Made by a program: the position numbers and the translations under genes
IMG/VR virus record: IMGVR_UViG_3300023296_000800
Source of the DNA: a virus
DNA: 63,448 nucleotides
Strand: one strand, 5' to 3'
Notes under the pieces: model-generated
What the model was told of the DNA's origin: nothing
Seen by the model: only the letters and a program-made list of their open reading frames with translations
Database searches by the model: none
Part shown: positions 6,407 to 15,349 of the stretch, in pieces
Layout: every line of letters starts with the position of its first letter
Position numbering within the stretch: position 1 is the first letter of the stretch

Positions 6407-6490
6407 TGGAAGAGGGAGAGGGATTCGAACCCTCGAAGCTTTCGCGGTGGATTTGCAATCCACCTCCTTTGACCGCTCAGAAACCCCTCT
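6407..6490 (-). tRNA. tRNA-Cys(GCA) with Tyr-like class II body
   Basis: Loop TTGCAAA, U73, CCA; variable arm CGCGAAAGCTTC identical to that of tRNA-Tyr at 6938. Confidence 0.85.
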
Positions 6491-6496
6491 AGCATT

Positions 6497-6585
6497 TGGC
6501 GGAAGATGAAGGATTCGAACCCTCGAAGCTTTTTACACTCTCCTGTTTTCAAAACAGGCGCATTCGGCCGCTCTGCCAATCTTCC
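6497..6585 (-). tRNA. tRNA-Ser(TGA)
   Basis: Class II cloverleaf; loop TTTGAAA; G73; CCA. Confidence 0.92.
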
Positions 6586-6786
6586 TGAAGCTTTATTTAT
6601 CCCAACGAATTTATTTGTATTAATTGGGTTGTCCCTATTCAGAGTGTCACAACTCCATTCTTGTCATCGAAGGGAACACAACGACTAACCTAATTTCAAG
6701 AGGTTCGCAGTAAACGTCTGGGCCTTAACTCCCCCGACTGTCGTTGATTTGCTACGCTGGCTCAACTGACCTAAGCCATTTCAATA

Positions 6787-6861
6787 TGGTACCCTGTAAG
6801 AGACTTGAACTCTTATTGCTGGGTTGAAAACCAAGTGTCCTAACCTTTGGACGAACAGGGC
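6787..6861 (-). tRNA. tRNA-Glu(TTC)
   Basis: Cloverleaf; loop TTTTCAA; CCA. Confidence 0.9.
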
Positions 6862-6937
6862 AATAAATGGTCGCCTATTATCAAACCGGACGATACGGTC
6901 ACCTCTTTCTACTGAATAGTAGGTGAGCATCTTACAT

Positions 6938-7023
6938 TGGTGAAGAGAGTTGGATTCGAACCAACGAAGCTTTCGCGTCAGATTTACAGTCTGATCCTTT
7001 TAACCGGACTCAGGCACCTCTCC
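6938..7023 (-). tRNA. tRNA-Tyr(GTA)
   Basis: Class II cloverleaf; loop CTGTAAA; CCA. Confidence 0.93.
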
Positions 7024-7029
7024 ATTGTT

Positions 7030-7105
7030 TGGTACCGAAACTTGGAATCGAACCAAGGACACGGAGGTCTTCAACCTCCTGCTCTACCAACTGAGCTATC
7101 TCGGT
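7030..7105 (-). tRNA. tRNA-Phe(GAA)
   Basis: Cloverleaf; loop TTGAAGA; CCA. Confidence 0.93.
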
Positions 7106-7112
7106 GTTAATT

Positions 7113-7188
7113 TGGAGCCCAAGATAGGATTTGAACCTACGACATCCTGATTACAAATCAGGCGCTCTGCCAACTGAGCTACTCGGGC
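7113..7188 (-). tRNA. tRNA-Thr(TGT)
   Basis: Cloverleaf; loop TTTGTAA; CCA. Confidence 0.93.
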
Positions 7189-7197
7189 GCTGTATAA

Positions 7198-7566
7198 TTA
7201 GTTATTTATCGCCGCCAGTACCGAATCTAAAACTTCATCATCTGCCACTGCTTGGGCTCTGCCGCGTTCACGAATTGCATCAAGTGAAAGACTAACTTTG
7301 TAACCTTTGCCTGATTGCTTTTCTTTATCTACAATAGTATCAGCAATGGTTGCCTGATCTGCTGGTGATGCGAACAATGGGTCGGTCATCATATACTTGA
7401 GACCATCAAGTTTGGTCATTGGTTCCGGGAGCGAAATAAAATCGCATCGAGTACCTCTGTTCTTACCAAATATCTTGACTCTACGTACCATATCATTAGT
7501 GAAGCGAACTTTATTAATACCATTTAAATCAGCTATACCAATTACCGTAAAAGTTTGTGTTGTCAT
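7198..7566 (-). CDS. Hypothetical phage protein
   Basis: 122-aa ORF, AGGAG RBS. Confidence 0.75.
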   Translation of the reverse strand: MTTQTFTVIGIADLNGINKVRFTNDMVRRVKIFGKNRGTRCDFISLPEPMTKLDGLKYMMTDPLFASPADQATIADTIVDKEKQSGKGYKVSLSLDAIRERGRAQAVADDEVLDSVLAAINN

Positions 7567-7624
7567 ACATGATTCTCCTAAAATTTAACTACATTTATCG
7601 TGTAATTCTCATTACACACTTACC

Positions 7625-7653
7625 ATAATATCGGGCATAAATGAGTTTGTCAA
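7625..7653 (-). promoter_or_regulatory. Sigma70-type promoter TTGACA-N17-TATTAT
   Basis: Near-consensus boxes. Confidence 0.65.
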
Positions 7654-7702
7654 TTCACTTATTACCCAATATCACAATTCCTTTCTACACTCGCTTTGGT
7701 TA

Positions 7703-7951
7703 TTATTGATCTGCTAAGTGTTTTTCCATTACAAGATTTTGCTTGAGTCTATCAGCAAGTGTAATTTGACCAGTGAAACAGCATGCTAAGAAATCAAACT
7801 GATCGAAAAAAGTTACCGAATGATCTTCGCCGCTATCCATAAAAGCATCAGCTTCAGCAAAGTTCCAGTTAATAGAACCATTAGTTTCAATGTTCTCTGG
7901 ATTAGTAACTGCCTTGTTAAATGCTCTTGCTACTGTGTCTGAAATAATCAT
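7703..7951 (-). CDS. Hypothetical early protein
   Basis: ORF downstream of early promoter; GSINWNFAEAD motif. Confidence 0.7.
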   Translation of the reverse strand: MIISDTVARAFNKAVTNPENIETNGSINWNFAEADAFMDSGEDHSVTFFDQFDFLACCFTGQITLADRLKQNLVMEKHLADQ

Positions 7952-7969
7952 GTAAGTTCTGCCTTTTTG

Positions 7970-8018
7970 CGTTAATATACTATATTATAATGAAATGTTT
8001 ACCCAAAGTCAACCTTTT
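7970..8018 (-). promoter_or_regulatory. Early promoter TTGACT-N17-TATAAT, copy 1 of an exact ~48-bp repeat
   Basis: CGTTAATATACTATATTATAATGAAATGTTTACCCAAAGTCAACCTTTTT repeated at 8682-8730. Confidence 0.9.
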
Positions 8019-8023
8019 TCTTT

Positions 8024-8374
8024 CTAATCTGCTCTGGATGACATATACGCTTTAACGCCATGAGCCGTTAGTACATTAGCATAAGCTCTTGCACCTACTT
8101 CTTTCACGTCCATACTCTGAGTAGGGCTACCACCTGGGTTCCATAACATCAAAGACCTATCATATGATTTCCTAAAGCCAACTGCCTGTAAGGCTTTGCC
8201 CAATTTTGAATTGGATCTAACCTTGTAGACTGATACCCAAGCAAACCCACAATACATTGGTTCACCGTACATAGCCCTATAATCAGCTTCTGCTTGTTTT
8301 GCTTGCTCAATGCCAATAAGATGGATGGTTTCTATCTGATCTATCTTAGATTGATCAACCGTTTGATTAGTCAT
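8024..8374 (-). CDS. Hypothetical early protein
   Basis: CGFAWV...QSMDVKE...SRAD motifs common in small phage proteins. Confidence 0.75.
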   Translation of the reverse strand: MTNQTVDQSKIDQIETIHLIGIEQAKQAEADYRAMYGEPMYCGFAWVSVYKVRSNSKLGKALQAVGFRKSYDRSLMLWNPGGSPTQSMDVKEVGARAYANVLTAHGVKAYMSSRAD

Positions 8375-8664
8375 TACGCTTTTCCTTTATAGCCAAGTTG
8401 TCTCATAGCCGCAACAGGATTCAGATTTGCTGACAGCTCCATGTATTCTTCAACATTACAGTTCTTAACAAGAAAGTTAATCCAAGTCTTGTATGGTTTG
8501 TAACCATATTTGAATCGAGCGACGAATGCAGGTTTGAGTAAACCGTGCCATGATGGGTGACAATCAGGAGAAACATCCTGCATCAACCTTGAACCATTAA
8601 AGTCGCCTTTGTACATTAAGTACATACCGTCCCAACTAAACATTTCTTTATCAAACTTAGTCAT
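8374..8664 (-). CDS. Hypothetical early protein
   Basis: 96-aa ORF directly after promoter; FVARFKY motif. Confidence 0.75.
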   Translation of the reverse strand: MTKFDKEMFSWDGMYLMYKGDFNGSRLMQDVSPDCHPSWHGLLKPAFVARFKYGYKPYKTWINFLVKNCNVEEYMELSANLNPVAAMRQLGYKGKA

Positions 8665-8681
8665 AACTTTCTCTCTCTTTT

Positions 8682-8730
8682 CGTTAATATACTATATTAT
8701 AATGAAATGTTTACCCAAAGTCAACCTTTT
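8682..8730 (-). promoter_or_regulatory. Early promoter TTGACT-N17-TATAAT, copy 2 of the exact repeat
   Basis: Identical to 7970-8018. Confidence 0.9.
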
Positions 8731-9252
8731 TTACCCTCCTAATCTAACGTAAGTTGAAGTCATGTGCATACACTCAAGTAAACTTTTGGTCTCTGTTCTA
8801 AACAACTCAGCAAACTTCGGATCGTGTTCTGCGATACTTCCACTGTTGTGGTGTAGATCACAGGTCTTTACCACTTTAACAATCCAAGGTGCTCGTGACA
8901 ATCTTGCTTCACACAATCCCTTACGAACCTCTCTGTTACCTACAAAGCTCTCGGTCTTGGTCAAGTACCAAACACCAGACGCAATCTCCTTACCAAACAA
9001 CTCTACTATTTCGTCATGAGTCGCATCGGTATCTTCTACAGTATCGTGCAACACCGCGACACACTTAGCAAACTCGACCGTATCTATATCGGCTGTTCGG
9101 CCGAATACATGTACATCTTCACACAAAAACTTCTCAACTTTCTCGGCAACTGCCAACGGATGGGTAATGTAGGGTTCATGGGTGTACTTTCGAACCTGAC
9201 CTTCGTGCTTCTCAGTGGCATATCGAACTGCCTTTTCGTATAACTCACTCAT
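8731..9252 (-). CDS. HD-domain (p)ppGpp hydrolase-like protein (small alarmone hydrolase/Mesh1-like)
   Basis: HEGQVRK..EPYITHP, LHDTVEDT and VKTCDLHHN motifs of RelA/SpoT HD domains. Confidence 0.85.
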   Translation of the reverse strand: MSELYEKAVRYATEKHEGQVRKYTHEPYITHPLAVAEKVEKFLCEDVHVFGRTADIDTVEFAKCVAVLHDTVEDTDATHDEIVELFGKEIASGVWYLTKTESFVGNREVRKGLCEARLSRAPWIVKVVKTCDLHHNSGSIAEHDPKFAELFRTETKSLLECMHMTSTYVRLGG

Positions 9253-9385
9253 AGCAAACTATCCTCAATTAAGTATATATTATAACTTACATGTGAGACA
9301 CATTATTTCATTTTTAATGTCACAGCTTTTTGATCTTCATACTGCATCAAACAGTACCACCCACTACAACTATAGTCTGAAGTAT

Positions 9386-9934
9386 CTACTTCACCCCCAC
9401 TGGTTTTAAATTAATGTTATTCAAGATGTCGCAGACTTGTAAGCACTTGGCCTCCGTGGATTGGCTGATCTCTGACCCTGCATTGCTATAGGCGGTTAGG
9501 GGAATCCAATTGGCAGTTAAAGCGTCATACAAGGGAATCCATTTTGTAGTATTGTCAAACCAATCAGGCACATAATCAGACTCAACATTCAAACACGCTT
9601 GGTTAATTAGCCCTTGAACCTTTGAATACTCTGAGGCTTTGAGTGCTAGTTCCTTTGTTTGCCAGATGTTTCCTATCGCCATGCGTAGCCGCGCAATATC
9701 GTCAGGACGGTAGCACACTTCTCCTACCCCACCAAGGTCACTCACCATGTAATGCCACTCCTCCCCTCCAGATTTAGGCACCCACACCGCAGGCAAAGAG
9801 TCAAAATCTTCCAGTGCCTTGGTGGCTTTATCAAACTCCTCTTCTGCACGGGAGGTCTGTCTGAGAGCGTTCTGAAGATTCTTTGCTGTCACACATAGGT
9901 CGTTCTCTAGCTTTTTTCTTTTTGCTTCAGTCAT
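9386..9934 (-). CDS. Hypothetical protein (paralog of 42873-43223)
   Basis: Shares EYSKVQGLINQACLNVESDYVPDW and the LKPVGVK end. Confidence 0.75.
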   Translation of the reverse strand: MTEAKRKKLENDLCVTAKNLQNALRQTSRAEEEFDKATKALEDFDSLPAVWVPKSGGEEWHYMVSDLGGVGEVCYRPDDIARLRMAIGNIWQTKELALKASEYSKVQGLINQACLNVESDYVPDWFDNTTKWIPLYDALTANWIPLTAYSNAGSEISQSTEAKCLQVCDILNNINLKPVGVK

Positions 9935-10118
9935 AAATTGCCTCATGTCGTTGTATCGTCCAGTACACTATCGCGGCCAAACTTCCGTATCCTATAGCCT
10001 CATAAGGCCATGTCCAAATAACCCAAATAACCCCACAAATAAGAATAAGACAAGGTACACCAATAATAATGCCTGCTATGCCTCTTGCTAGATTATCCTT
10101 AAAATCATCAAGGCTCAT
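9927..10118 (-). CDS. Small membrane protein
   Basis: Two hydrophobic segments; coupled to neighbours. Confidence 0.65.
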   Translation of the reverse strand: MSLDDFKDNLARGIAGIIIGVPCLILICGVIWVIWTWPYEAIGYGSLAAIVYWTIQRHEAIYD

Positions 10119-10345
10119 ATCAACTTCCCCTCTGCCGCCATTTGTGCGCGATAGTCCGAATACGATTTCTTCTCCATTTCTTCCAACTTTGCTTTTGACG
10201 CTACATCGGCCTCATCGCTTAACCTTTGTCCTACGGTTGAGTCCATAACTTCTACTTCTAGCCAGTCGTCCAGAGTTTTTGAAGGGACTAGTCTAGAAAC
10301 ATCTGCCCACTCGCGCATTAAATATCGTTCTCTTTGTGTGATCAT
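10115..10345 (-). CDS. Hypothetical protein (MITxRExYLM family)
   Basis: N-terminus paralogous to 46299 and 41060. Confidence 0.7.
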   Translation of the reverse strand: MITQRERYLMREWADVSRLVPSKTLDDWLEVEVMDSTVGQRLSDEADVASKAKLEEMEKKSYSDYRAQMAAEGKLI

Positions 10346-10758
10346 TTGTTCTCCCTATTCTGTGTTGCGAGTAAAGACCCTGCCTCGTGTAGAGCCTCGT
10401 ATAGATCGTTATAAAAGATTTTAAGGCTCTCGGTCATATCGTGGTGGAAATTACCTACATTGGTTAGCTGTCCCATCTCACCTAGATTATCCCACTCAAG
10501 TTTGCGGTCATGAAGAAGAGCATTAATTTCCTCGGTACATTTTGAAAGATTCTTTTCAATTAGTGCTAAGGATTCCGTTGTTTGGCTCATGAGATCCACC
10601 AATACAGAAGGCACCCACACCGCAGGCTTAGATTGATAATCGGAGAGTTCTTTGCTTACTCTATAAAACTCATCGCGAGCCAACGTAAACATTGTGTAGG
10701 CCGCATTCATATTGTTCTCTAACTCTTTTTTCTCATTCATCTCTTGTATATTAATCAT
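10342..10758 (-). CDS. Hypothetical coiled-coil protein
   Basis: Shares the LEN...PAVWVP module with 9386; ATGA coupling. Confidence 0.7.
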   Translation of the reverse strand: MINIQEMNEKKELENNMNAAYTMFTLARDEFYRVSKELSDYQSKPAVWVPSVLVDLMSQTTESLALIEKNLSKCTEEINALLHDRKLEWDNLGEMGQLTNVGNFHHDMTESLKIFYNDLYEALHEAGSLLATQNRENK

Positions 10759-11411
10759 ACCGTCCACTTCCCTTTGTCGTGATCGAACGTTTGTTTATAG
10801 TAGGTGCGTGAAGCATGATGATACACACAGATACCTTCAGGTTTATTGAACTTTTCAACCATACTACCATCGCGCATGAGCATTTCCATAGCAACATCTG
10901 GATCACCACCGCATAACTCAGTAAGGTCTGGAACAACATGACAACACTTAGGTGTATTAGGATTGTGAACACCCCATCGTAGCACGTTGAACAATGCAAA
11001 GCGTTTCTCTGTTAGTCCATATCCTCGTTGAATCCCCAAACCCATCCACTCACCGAAGTGGCGACCTTCACCCATCTTGAATAACTCTTCTGAGTTGTCA
11101 TACACCCATCGAGCAAACCCAAAGTTGTCAGTTCCTTTTACTGCGACTCCATCACTATCATTAATATGACCGTTCGTAGCAATCCAACGCTTGCGACTTC
11201 CCGCATACATAACGAGTGCGGGATCAGATTCTGTGTCACCATACAGTACATCGATACAGTACGGATCTTGGTTACATTCATCATGCGCTTCGTGATTAGA
11301 CATTTCAAATATTGATACTTGTGCATTCGTCCCATCTAGTTTCTCGGTGATCGTTTGATCACTCTTTAGTCGTGCAATTTTCCCGAAGGATTCAAATTCA
11401 AACTGACTCAT
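10755..11411 (-). CDS. RNA ligase, Rnl2-like nucleotidyltransferase
   Basis: Motif I TEKLDGTNA; FGEWMGLGIQ; FALFN; PEGICVY. Confidence 0.85.
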   Translation of the reverse strand: MSQFEFESFGKIARLKSDQTITEKLDGTNAQVSIFEMSNHEAHDECNQDPYCIDVLYGDTESDPALVMYAGSRKRWIATNGHINDSDGVAVKGTDNFGFARWVYDNSEELFKMGEGRHFGEWMGLGIQRGYGLTEKRFALFNVLRWGVHNPNTPKCCHVVPDLTELCGGDPDVAMEMLMRDGSMVEKFNKPEGICVYHHASRTYYKQTFDHDKGKWTV

Positions 11412-11620
11412 TAGATTTCTCCTCTATACAATTCGCTAGCCTTCACGGGCGTCGCATAAACCCATTCACCATCGTGGTCAGTATAGGGCTTATCTACTTG
11501 GGGCATCTTCTCGGTGATCATCCGTGCCTCATCGCGTGGGTTATTTTCAGGCCCGTAATCCCAGACCCAACACAGTATAGCTTCAGTATCCAATCGCTCC
11601 TCCCACTTATTCATCTTCAT
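11411..11620 (-). CDS. Hypothetical protein
   Basis: AGGAG RBS; LCWVWD motif. Confidence 0.65.
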   Translation of the reverse strand: MKMNKWEERLDTEAILCWVWDYGPENNPRDEARMITEKMPQVDKPYTDHDGEWVYATPVKASELYRGEI

Positions 11621-11648
11621 TCTCCTAATTTTTAAGTGCAGTTCCTTA

Positions 11649-12839
11649 CTATCCTTTGATACAAAGAACTTGCTTTATTTCGTGGACTATCTCCACAAGG
11701 TCGCTTTGCGCTTTCATTACATCATCGATAGGCTTATATGCACTTGGTGTTTCGTCGATAATATCTTCATCAATTCGACATTCAACTCCCTTTACGTCCT
11801 CTTCATGTTGCTGTAGTGTCACTAGTTTTTTTGCTTGAGTTCTGGACATCACTCTTCCTGCCCCGTGACTGCAACTATTGAAGGATTCTGGATTTCCAAG
11901 ACCTTTCACTATGAAGGATCTCTGACCCATACTACTAGGGATTATCCCATACTGTCCACGTCTTGCAGATACAGCACCTTTACGAGTTACCCACACATTT
12001 TCGTTGTAGTGATGTTCTTTTTGCACGTAATTGTGGTGGCAGTCAACTGTCAACTCATCGATACTGAACTCTTTCGTGTGCTTTCGTAACACCTTGAGTG
12101 TGTTCTCCATCATTAGTGCGCGGTTCATCTTAGCGAACTCTTGTGCCCAGTTAACAGATTCTATGTACTGATCAAAGTAAGCAGAGCCTTCTGGTAGGTA
12201 AGCTAGGTCAGCATCAGGTAGAGAGACAAAGTACTTTTCCATTTCTTTTTTTGCTTTCTCGATGAAGTATCTTCCTATAGCATTTCCAACTCCTCGACTA
12301 CCAGAGTGTAGCATCACCCATACTGAATCATCAGCTTTCTCAATACAAACCTCTATGAAGTGATTACCACCCCCTAGCGTTCCAAGGTGAGCTATGTTGT
12401 TTGTGTTCTCAACAGGACAAAAATCAAGTATCCATTTAAATCCAGGCTCTAGTTTGTTATTCCACAAATCTGTCACAGCTTTAGGTAGCTGTTGTATGTC
12501 ATGCTTACCTTGCCCTACTGGGACAACCGATTCGATATCAAGACGCAATGCTTTGAGATTGTCTGGTAGGTCTGCCGCATTTAAAGATGTTTTTACTGCT
12601 TGCATACCACAACCCAGATCAACTCCTACGGCAGACGGTATGATAGCTTTCTTTGTTGCTAATACAGTTCCAATAGCACAACCTTTACCTAAGTGTGCGT
12701 CAGGCATTGAGGCTACCCATTTGTGGATGAAGGGCATATCTGCTAAGTTAAGCAGTTGCTCTTTTACGTTATCATCGAATTGAACTCCATCAGACCACGC
12801 TTTGACTATATTTCTTTTACCTTTTAATACTTCCATCAC
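11649..12839 (-). CDS. rtcB: RNA-splicing ligase RtcB
   Basis: MPDAHLGKG, VGVDLGCG, LGTLGGGNHFIE, HSGSRG, HHNY, SHGAGR, DETPSAYK motifs. Confidence 0.97.
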   Translation of the reverse strand: MMEVLKGKRNIVKAWSDGVQFDDNVKEQLLNLADMPFIHKWVASMPDAHLGKGCAIGTVLATKKAIIPSAVGVDLGCGMQAVKTSLNAADLPDNLKALRLDIESVVPVGQGKHDIQQLPKAVTDLWNNKLEPGFKWILDFCPVENTNNIAHLGTLGGGNHFIEVCIEKADDSVWVMLHSGSRGVGNAIGRYFIEKAKKEMEKYFVSLPDADLAYLPEGSAYFDQYIESVNWAQEFAKMNRALMMENTLKVLRKHTKEFSIDELTVDCHHNYVQKEHHYNENVWVTRKGAVSARRGQYGIIPSSMGQRSFIVKGLGNPESFNSCSHGAGRVMSRTQAKKLVTLQQHEEDVKGVECRIDEDIIDETPSAYKPIDDVMKAQSDLVEIVHEIKQVLCIKG

Positions 12840-12878
12840 TTTTATCCCATTATTTTATTTTTAAAGTCAACCGTTCCC

Positions 12879-13154
12879 TCACATAATTTTGTAAAGAACA
12901 TGCTTTTTGATCTGCCATTTCTCTACTACCGGCAAACCGAACTCGTCCTCGTCAGTGCAGATATATGCAACAGTCTTCTTGACCAGACCATAACGATAAC
13001 GAGAGCCAATAGTATCTGCTACCCATATCTTATGGGGGAAGTCTTCACAGAACGCCATAGAGTCATCATTTAGTGACCACTCGAAATAGTGATTGTATTT
13101 TGTTTCAGTGAACTCACCAAGTAGGCCTGGAGTATTGAACGGTGCAAGTGCCAT
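12879..13154 (-). CDS. Hypothetical protein
   Basis: KKTVAYICTDEDEFGLPVVEKW motif. Confidence 0.7.
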   Translation of the reverse strand: MALAPFNTPGLLGEFTETKYNHYFEWSLNDDSMAFCEDFPHKIWVADTIGSRYRYGLVKKTVAYICTDEDEFGLPVVEKWQIKKHVLYKIM

Positions 13155-13339
13155 TAGTAAGCCGCCTGCGCTAGGTCGAATATAACATCAGTCTCTATCA
13201 GTTCAACAATACGTTTGGTCATCTCAGCTAAGTCGTCCTCTGAAAACTCCCAATAATGAAGTCCTTGACAGTAGCTACCAATGATGTTCGCAACCTGTTT
13301 TTGGCGATCATTCATGTCTTCCATGTCTTCTATTTTCAT
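13154..13339 (-). CDS. Hypothetical protein
   Basis: First ORF after promoter 13374-13402. Confidence 0.65.
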   Translation of the reverse strand: MKIEDMEDMNDRQKQVANIIGSYCQGLHYWEFSEDDLAEMTKRIVELIETDVIFDLAQAAY

Positions 13340-13373
13340 GACGCTTCTCTCTTTATGCTTGAATTAGATATAC

Positions 13374-13402
13374 ATCATACAACTTTTTGTGGTAGAAGTC
13401 AA
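13374..13402 (-). promoter_or_regulatory. Sigma70-type promoter TTGACT-N17-TATGAT
   Basis: Near-consensus boxes. Confidence 0.75.
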
Positions 13403-13429
13403 CCAATGCCCATCAATACTTTTAATTTC

Positions 13430-13816
13430 TTAAACCTTATCTTCATAAACAAACCATTCTATTTTATGTTTTGTGTCAGTTTCAAACCTTGATATCAACT
13501 GCTTGTATGTCAGTAGAGTCTCGGAATTGAACTCCCATAAGTAATTGCTGAGTTTATTCCAGCTCTCTTGGGTCATCATTCCGACTCCATACTCAGATTT
13601 ACCATCGTAATATTCTTGTTCATCCAAACCATATATGTCAATCCGACCACAAGCATATTTGACACTTGGTGTTCTTGAAATATAGGTTTCTCCTGCCTTC
13701 GACTTCACAAAACTACTATATACATGTTCCTCTTCGATCATTGGGATATTGTTATCTTCGTACCAACGAGTTGATACTGGGCCCATCCAGTTCGTGCTAT
13801 AGGATATACTACTCAT
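13430..13816 (-). CDS. Hypothetical protein
   Basis: 128-aa ORF; YSTNWMGP N-terminus. Confidence 0.7.
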   Translation of the reverse strand: MSSISYSTNWMGPVSTRWYEDNNIPMIEEEHVYSSFVKSKAGETYISRTPSVKYACGRIDIYGLDEQEYYDGKSEYGVGMMTQESWNKLSNYLWEFNSETLLTYKQLISRFETDTKHKIEWFVYEDKV

Positions 13817-14052
13817 AATAAGAAATCACTCAGAGTATTGTCCGCTGACATAATTATCACGATCTTCTGAAACACCTTTTTACGGTATGCCGTTTGAACC
13901 TCATTGAGGTTCACGTAAATTCCTGTTTCTGATCCATTGAAATTATCTGGATTGTACCACCAAAGGAAACCAAAGAGTCTTTTCTGTAACACAAAGTATT
14001 TGTCGTGTACACCAGTACCATAGACCACACATTTGACTCGCCACAGTTTCAT
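13813..14052 (-). CDS. Hypothetical protein
   Basis: Coupled ORF with RBS. Confidence 0.6.
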   Translation of the reverse strand: MKLWRVKCVVYGTGVHDKYFVLQKRLFGFLWWYNPDNFNGSETGIYVNLNEVQTAYRKKVFQKIVIIMSADNTLSDFLL

Positions 14053-14225
14053 TAGTTTGTCTCCTCATACCCATCAGGACCGGCTATCTCAAGTTCACCA
14101 GTCGTATTAATATTCAATATTCGGTGGCCTACACTACCACCCTTTCGAGCAATATGTAATGGGGTATGTTCTCCCATCAGAAACTCGCCGCCCTTCCACC
14201 ACCGGTACCATCTGAAATTTTTCAT
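14052..14225 (-). CDS. Small hypothetical protein (57 aa, below ORF-track cutoff)
   Basis: MKNFRWYRWWKGG...; fills the gap with stop/start overlaps at both ends. Confidence 0.55.
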   Translation of the reverse strand: MKNFRWYRWWKGGEFLMGEHTPLHIARKGGSVGHRILNINTTGELEIAGPDGYEETN

Positions 14226-14551
14226 CATTTGTTAACCTTTTTTATGTAGGGGATTGCGAAATCATATTCATATAGCCCGCAGGGAGTGAGAAACAGCTTT
14301 CCAGTATAGTTGCAGATAAGTCTCCTTTGTTTACTTCCCCCCGTGTCCCACGCTTCACAGTCGAACCAAGTATTTGGATTTTTCGGGTCTAGCTCGTCGA
14401 ACCACTGGGGGACTTTAGCCTGTAATTTAGCCAACACGTTTTCCACATTTTTAAGATCAACAAGGGATAAGTCCACCTTGTATGAATGCTCAACTAAAAA
14501 TGCCTCTAGCACTTCTATAGCCTTAACGGTGTCGTCAATGACTCTGATCAT
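14225..14551 (-). CDS. Hypothetical protein (RVIDD family)
   Basis: N-terminus shared with 14935 and 19946. Confidence 0.7.
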   Translation of the reverse strand: MIRVIDDTVKAIEVLEAFLVEHSYKVDLSLVDLKNVENVLAKLQAKVPQWFDELDPKNPNTWFDCEAWDTGGSKQRRLICNYTGKLFLTPCGLYEYDFAIPYIKKVNK

Positions 14552-14572
14552 GACTTTTCTCCTTATCTACCA

Positions 14573-14938
14573 TTACCTTAGCCCTCTCACTATCGCCAAT
14601 GCCTCATCATCAATTGCTCGGCTGGGCCTAGAATCCCGGCGGCGATAGTTTGGCGCGGGTGGTGGGTGAGTTGGTCTTGGACTATCAGACAGACCTGGCT
14701 TAGTTGCATGATGAACATTACCTTCGGTTAATGGGGTTTTTACTGGCGGCATTTTCGGCGCAGTTCCGACTGGCTCTGGGTTGAAAGTTTCTGTCAGGAT
14801 TCGATAATCATCATTCCCATCATGCGGCTGGTTGTTGATCCAATCCTGTGCTAATGCCTCCGAGGAAAAAATACCATTGACATTATACTCACGGCCACCA
14901 CACCAACAATTCTGTACAACAAACACTGATTTACTCAT
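14573..14938 (-). CDS. Hypothetical protein (paralog of 19770-19949 with Pro-rich tail)
   Basis: SVFVVQNCWCGGREYNV...EALAQ. Confidence 0.7.
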   Translation of the reverse strand: MSKSVFVVQNCWCGGREYNVNGIFSSEALAQDWINNQPHDGNDDYRILTETFNPEPVGTAPKMPPVKTPLTEGNVHHATKPGLSDSPRPTHPPPAPNYRRRDSRPSRAIDDEALAIVRGLR

Positions 14939-15162
14939 GATACGTCCTCTAAGTTCAAAGCCTTAAATAAAGCACCGGGTTGCATGATCTCACTACAAAG
15001 CGATGCCGACGGTGTGTGATCCTCAGGGTCTATACCATCCCACCATTTAGGGGTTTCTTCTCTCAGCTTCCTTAACAGCCATATAGACTGTCCCATAGTA
15101 GTCTGGCAAATCTCCATCACTAGGGGTATAGCCTTAGCATCATTATCAATTACTCTAGGCAT
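14935..15162 (-). CDS. Hypothetical protein (RVIDD family)
   Basis: MPRVIDNDAKAI. Confidence 0.7.
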   Translation of the reverse strand: MPRVIDNDAKAIPLVMEICQTTMGQSIWLLRKLREETPKWWDGIDPEDHTPSASLCSEIMQPGALFKALNLEDVS

Positions 15163-15349
15163 TAGTTCTCTCCTCTTTTAAATCCTCTTTAAAATCGTTT
15201 AATAAATCAAACTGGTGTATAGCATTGCTTAAAGCTATTAAAGCTTTCTGGTATTGAATTTTTATTTTTGTTGTTGGCTCATCTACATTCAAGTAAACTT
15301 CCCCGTACAGCCTTGCTAAAGTATTTTGTACATCTGTGGTTTCTTTCAT
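15155..15349 (-). CDS. Hypothetical protein
   Basis: Coupled ORF. Confidence 0.6.
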   Translation of the reverse strand: MKETTDVQNTLARLYGEVYLNVDEPTTKIKIQYQKALIALSNAIHQFDLLNDFKEDLKEERTNA

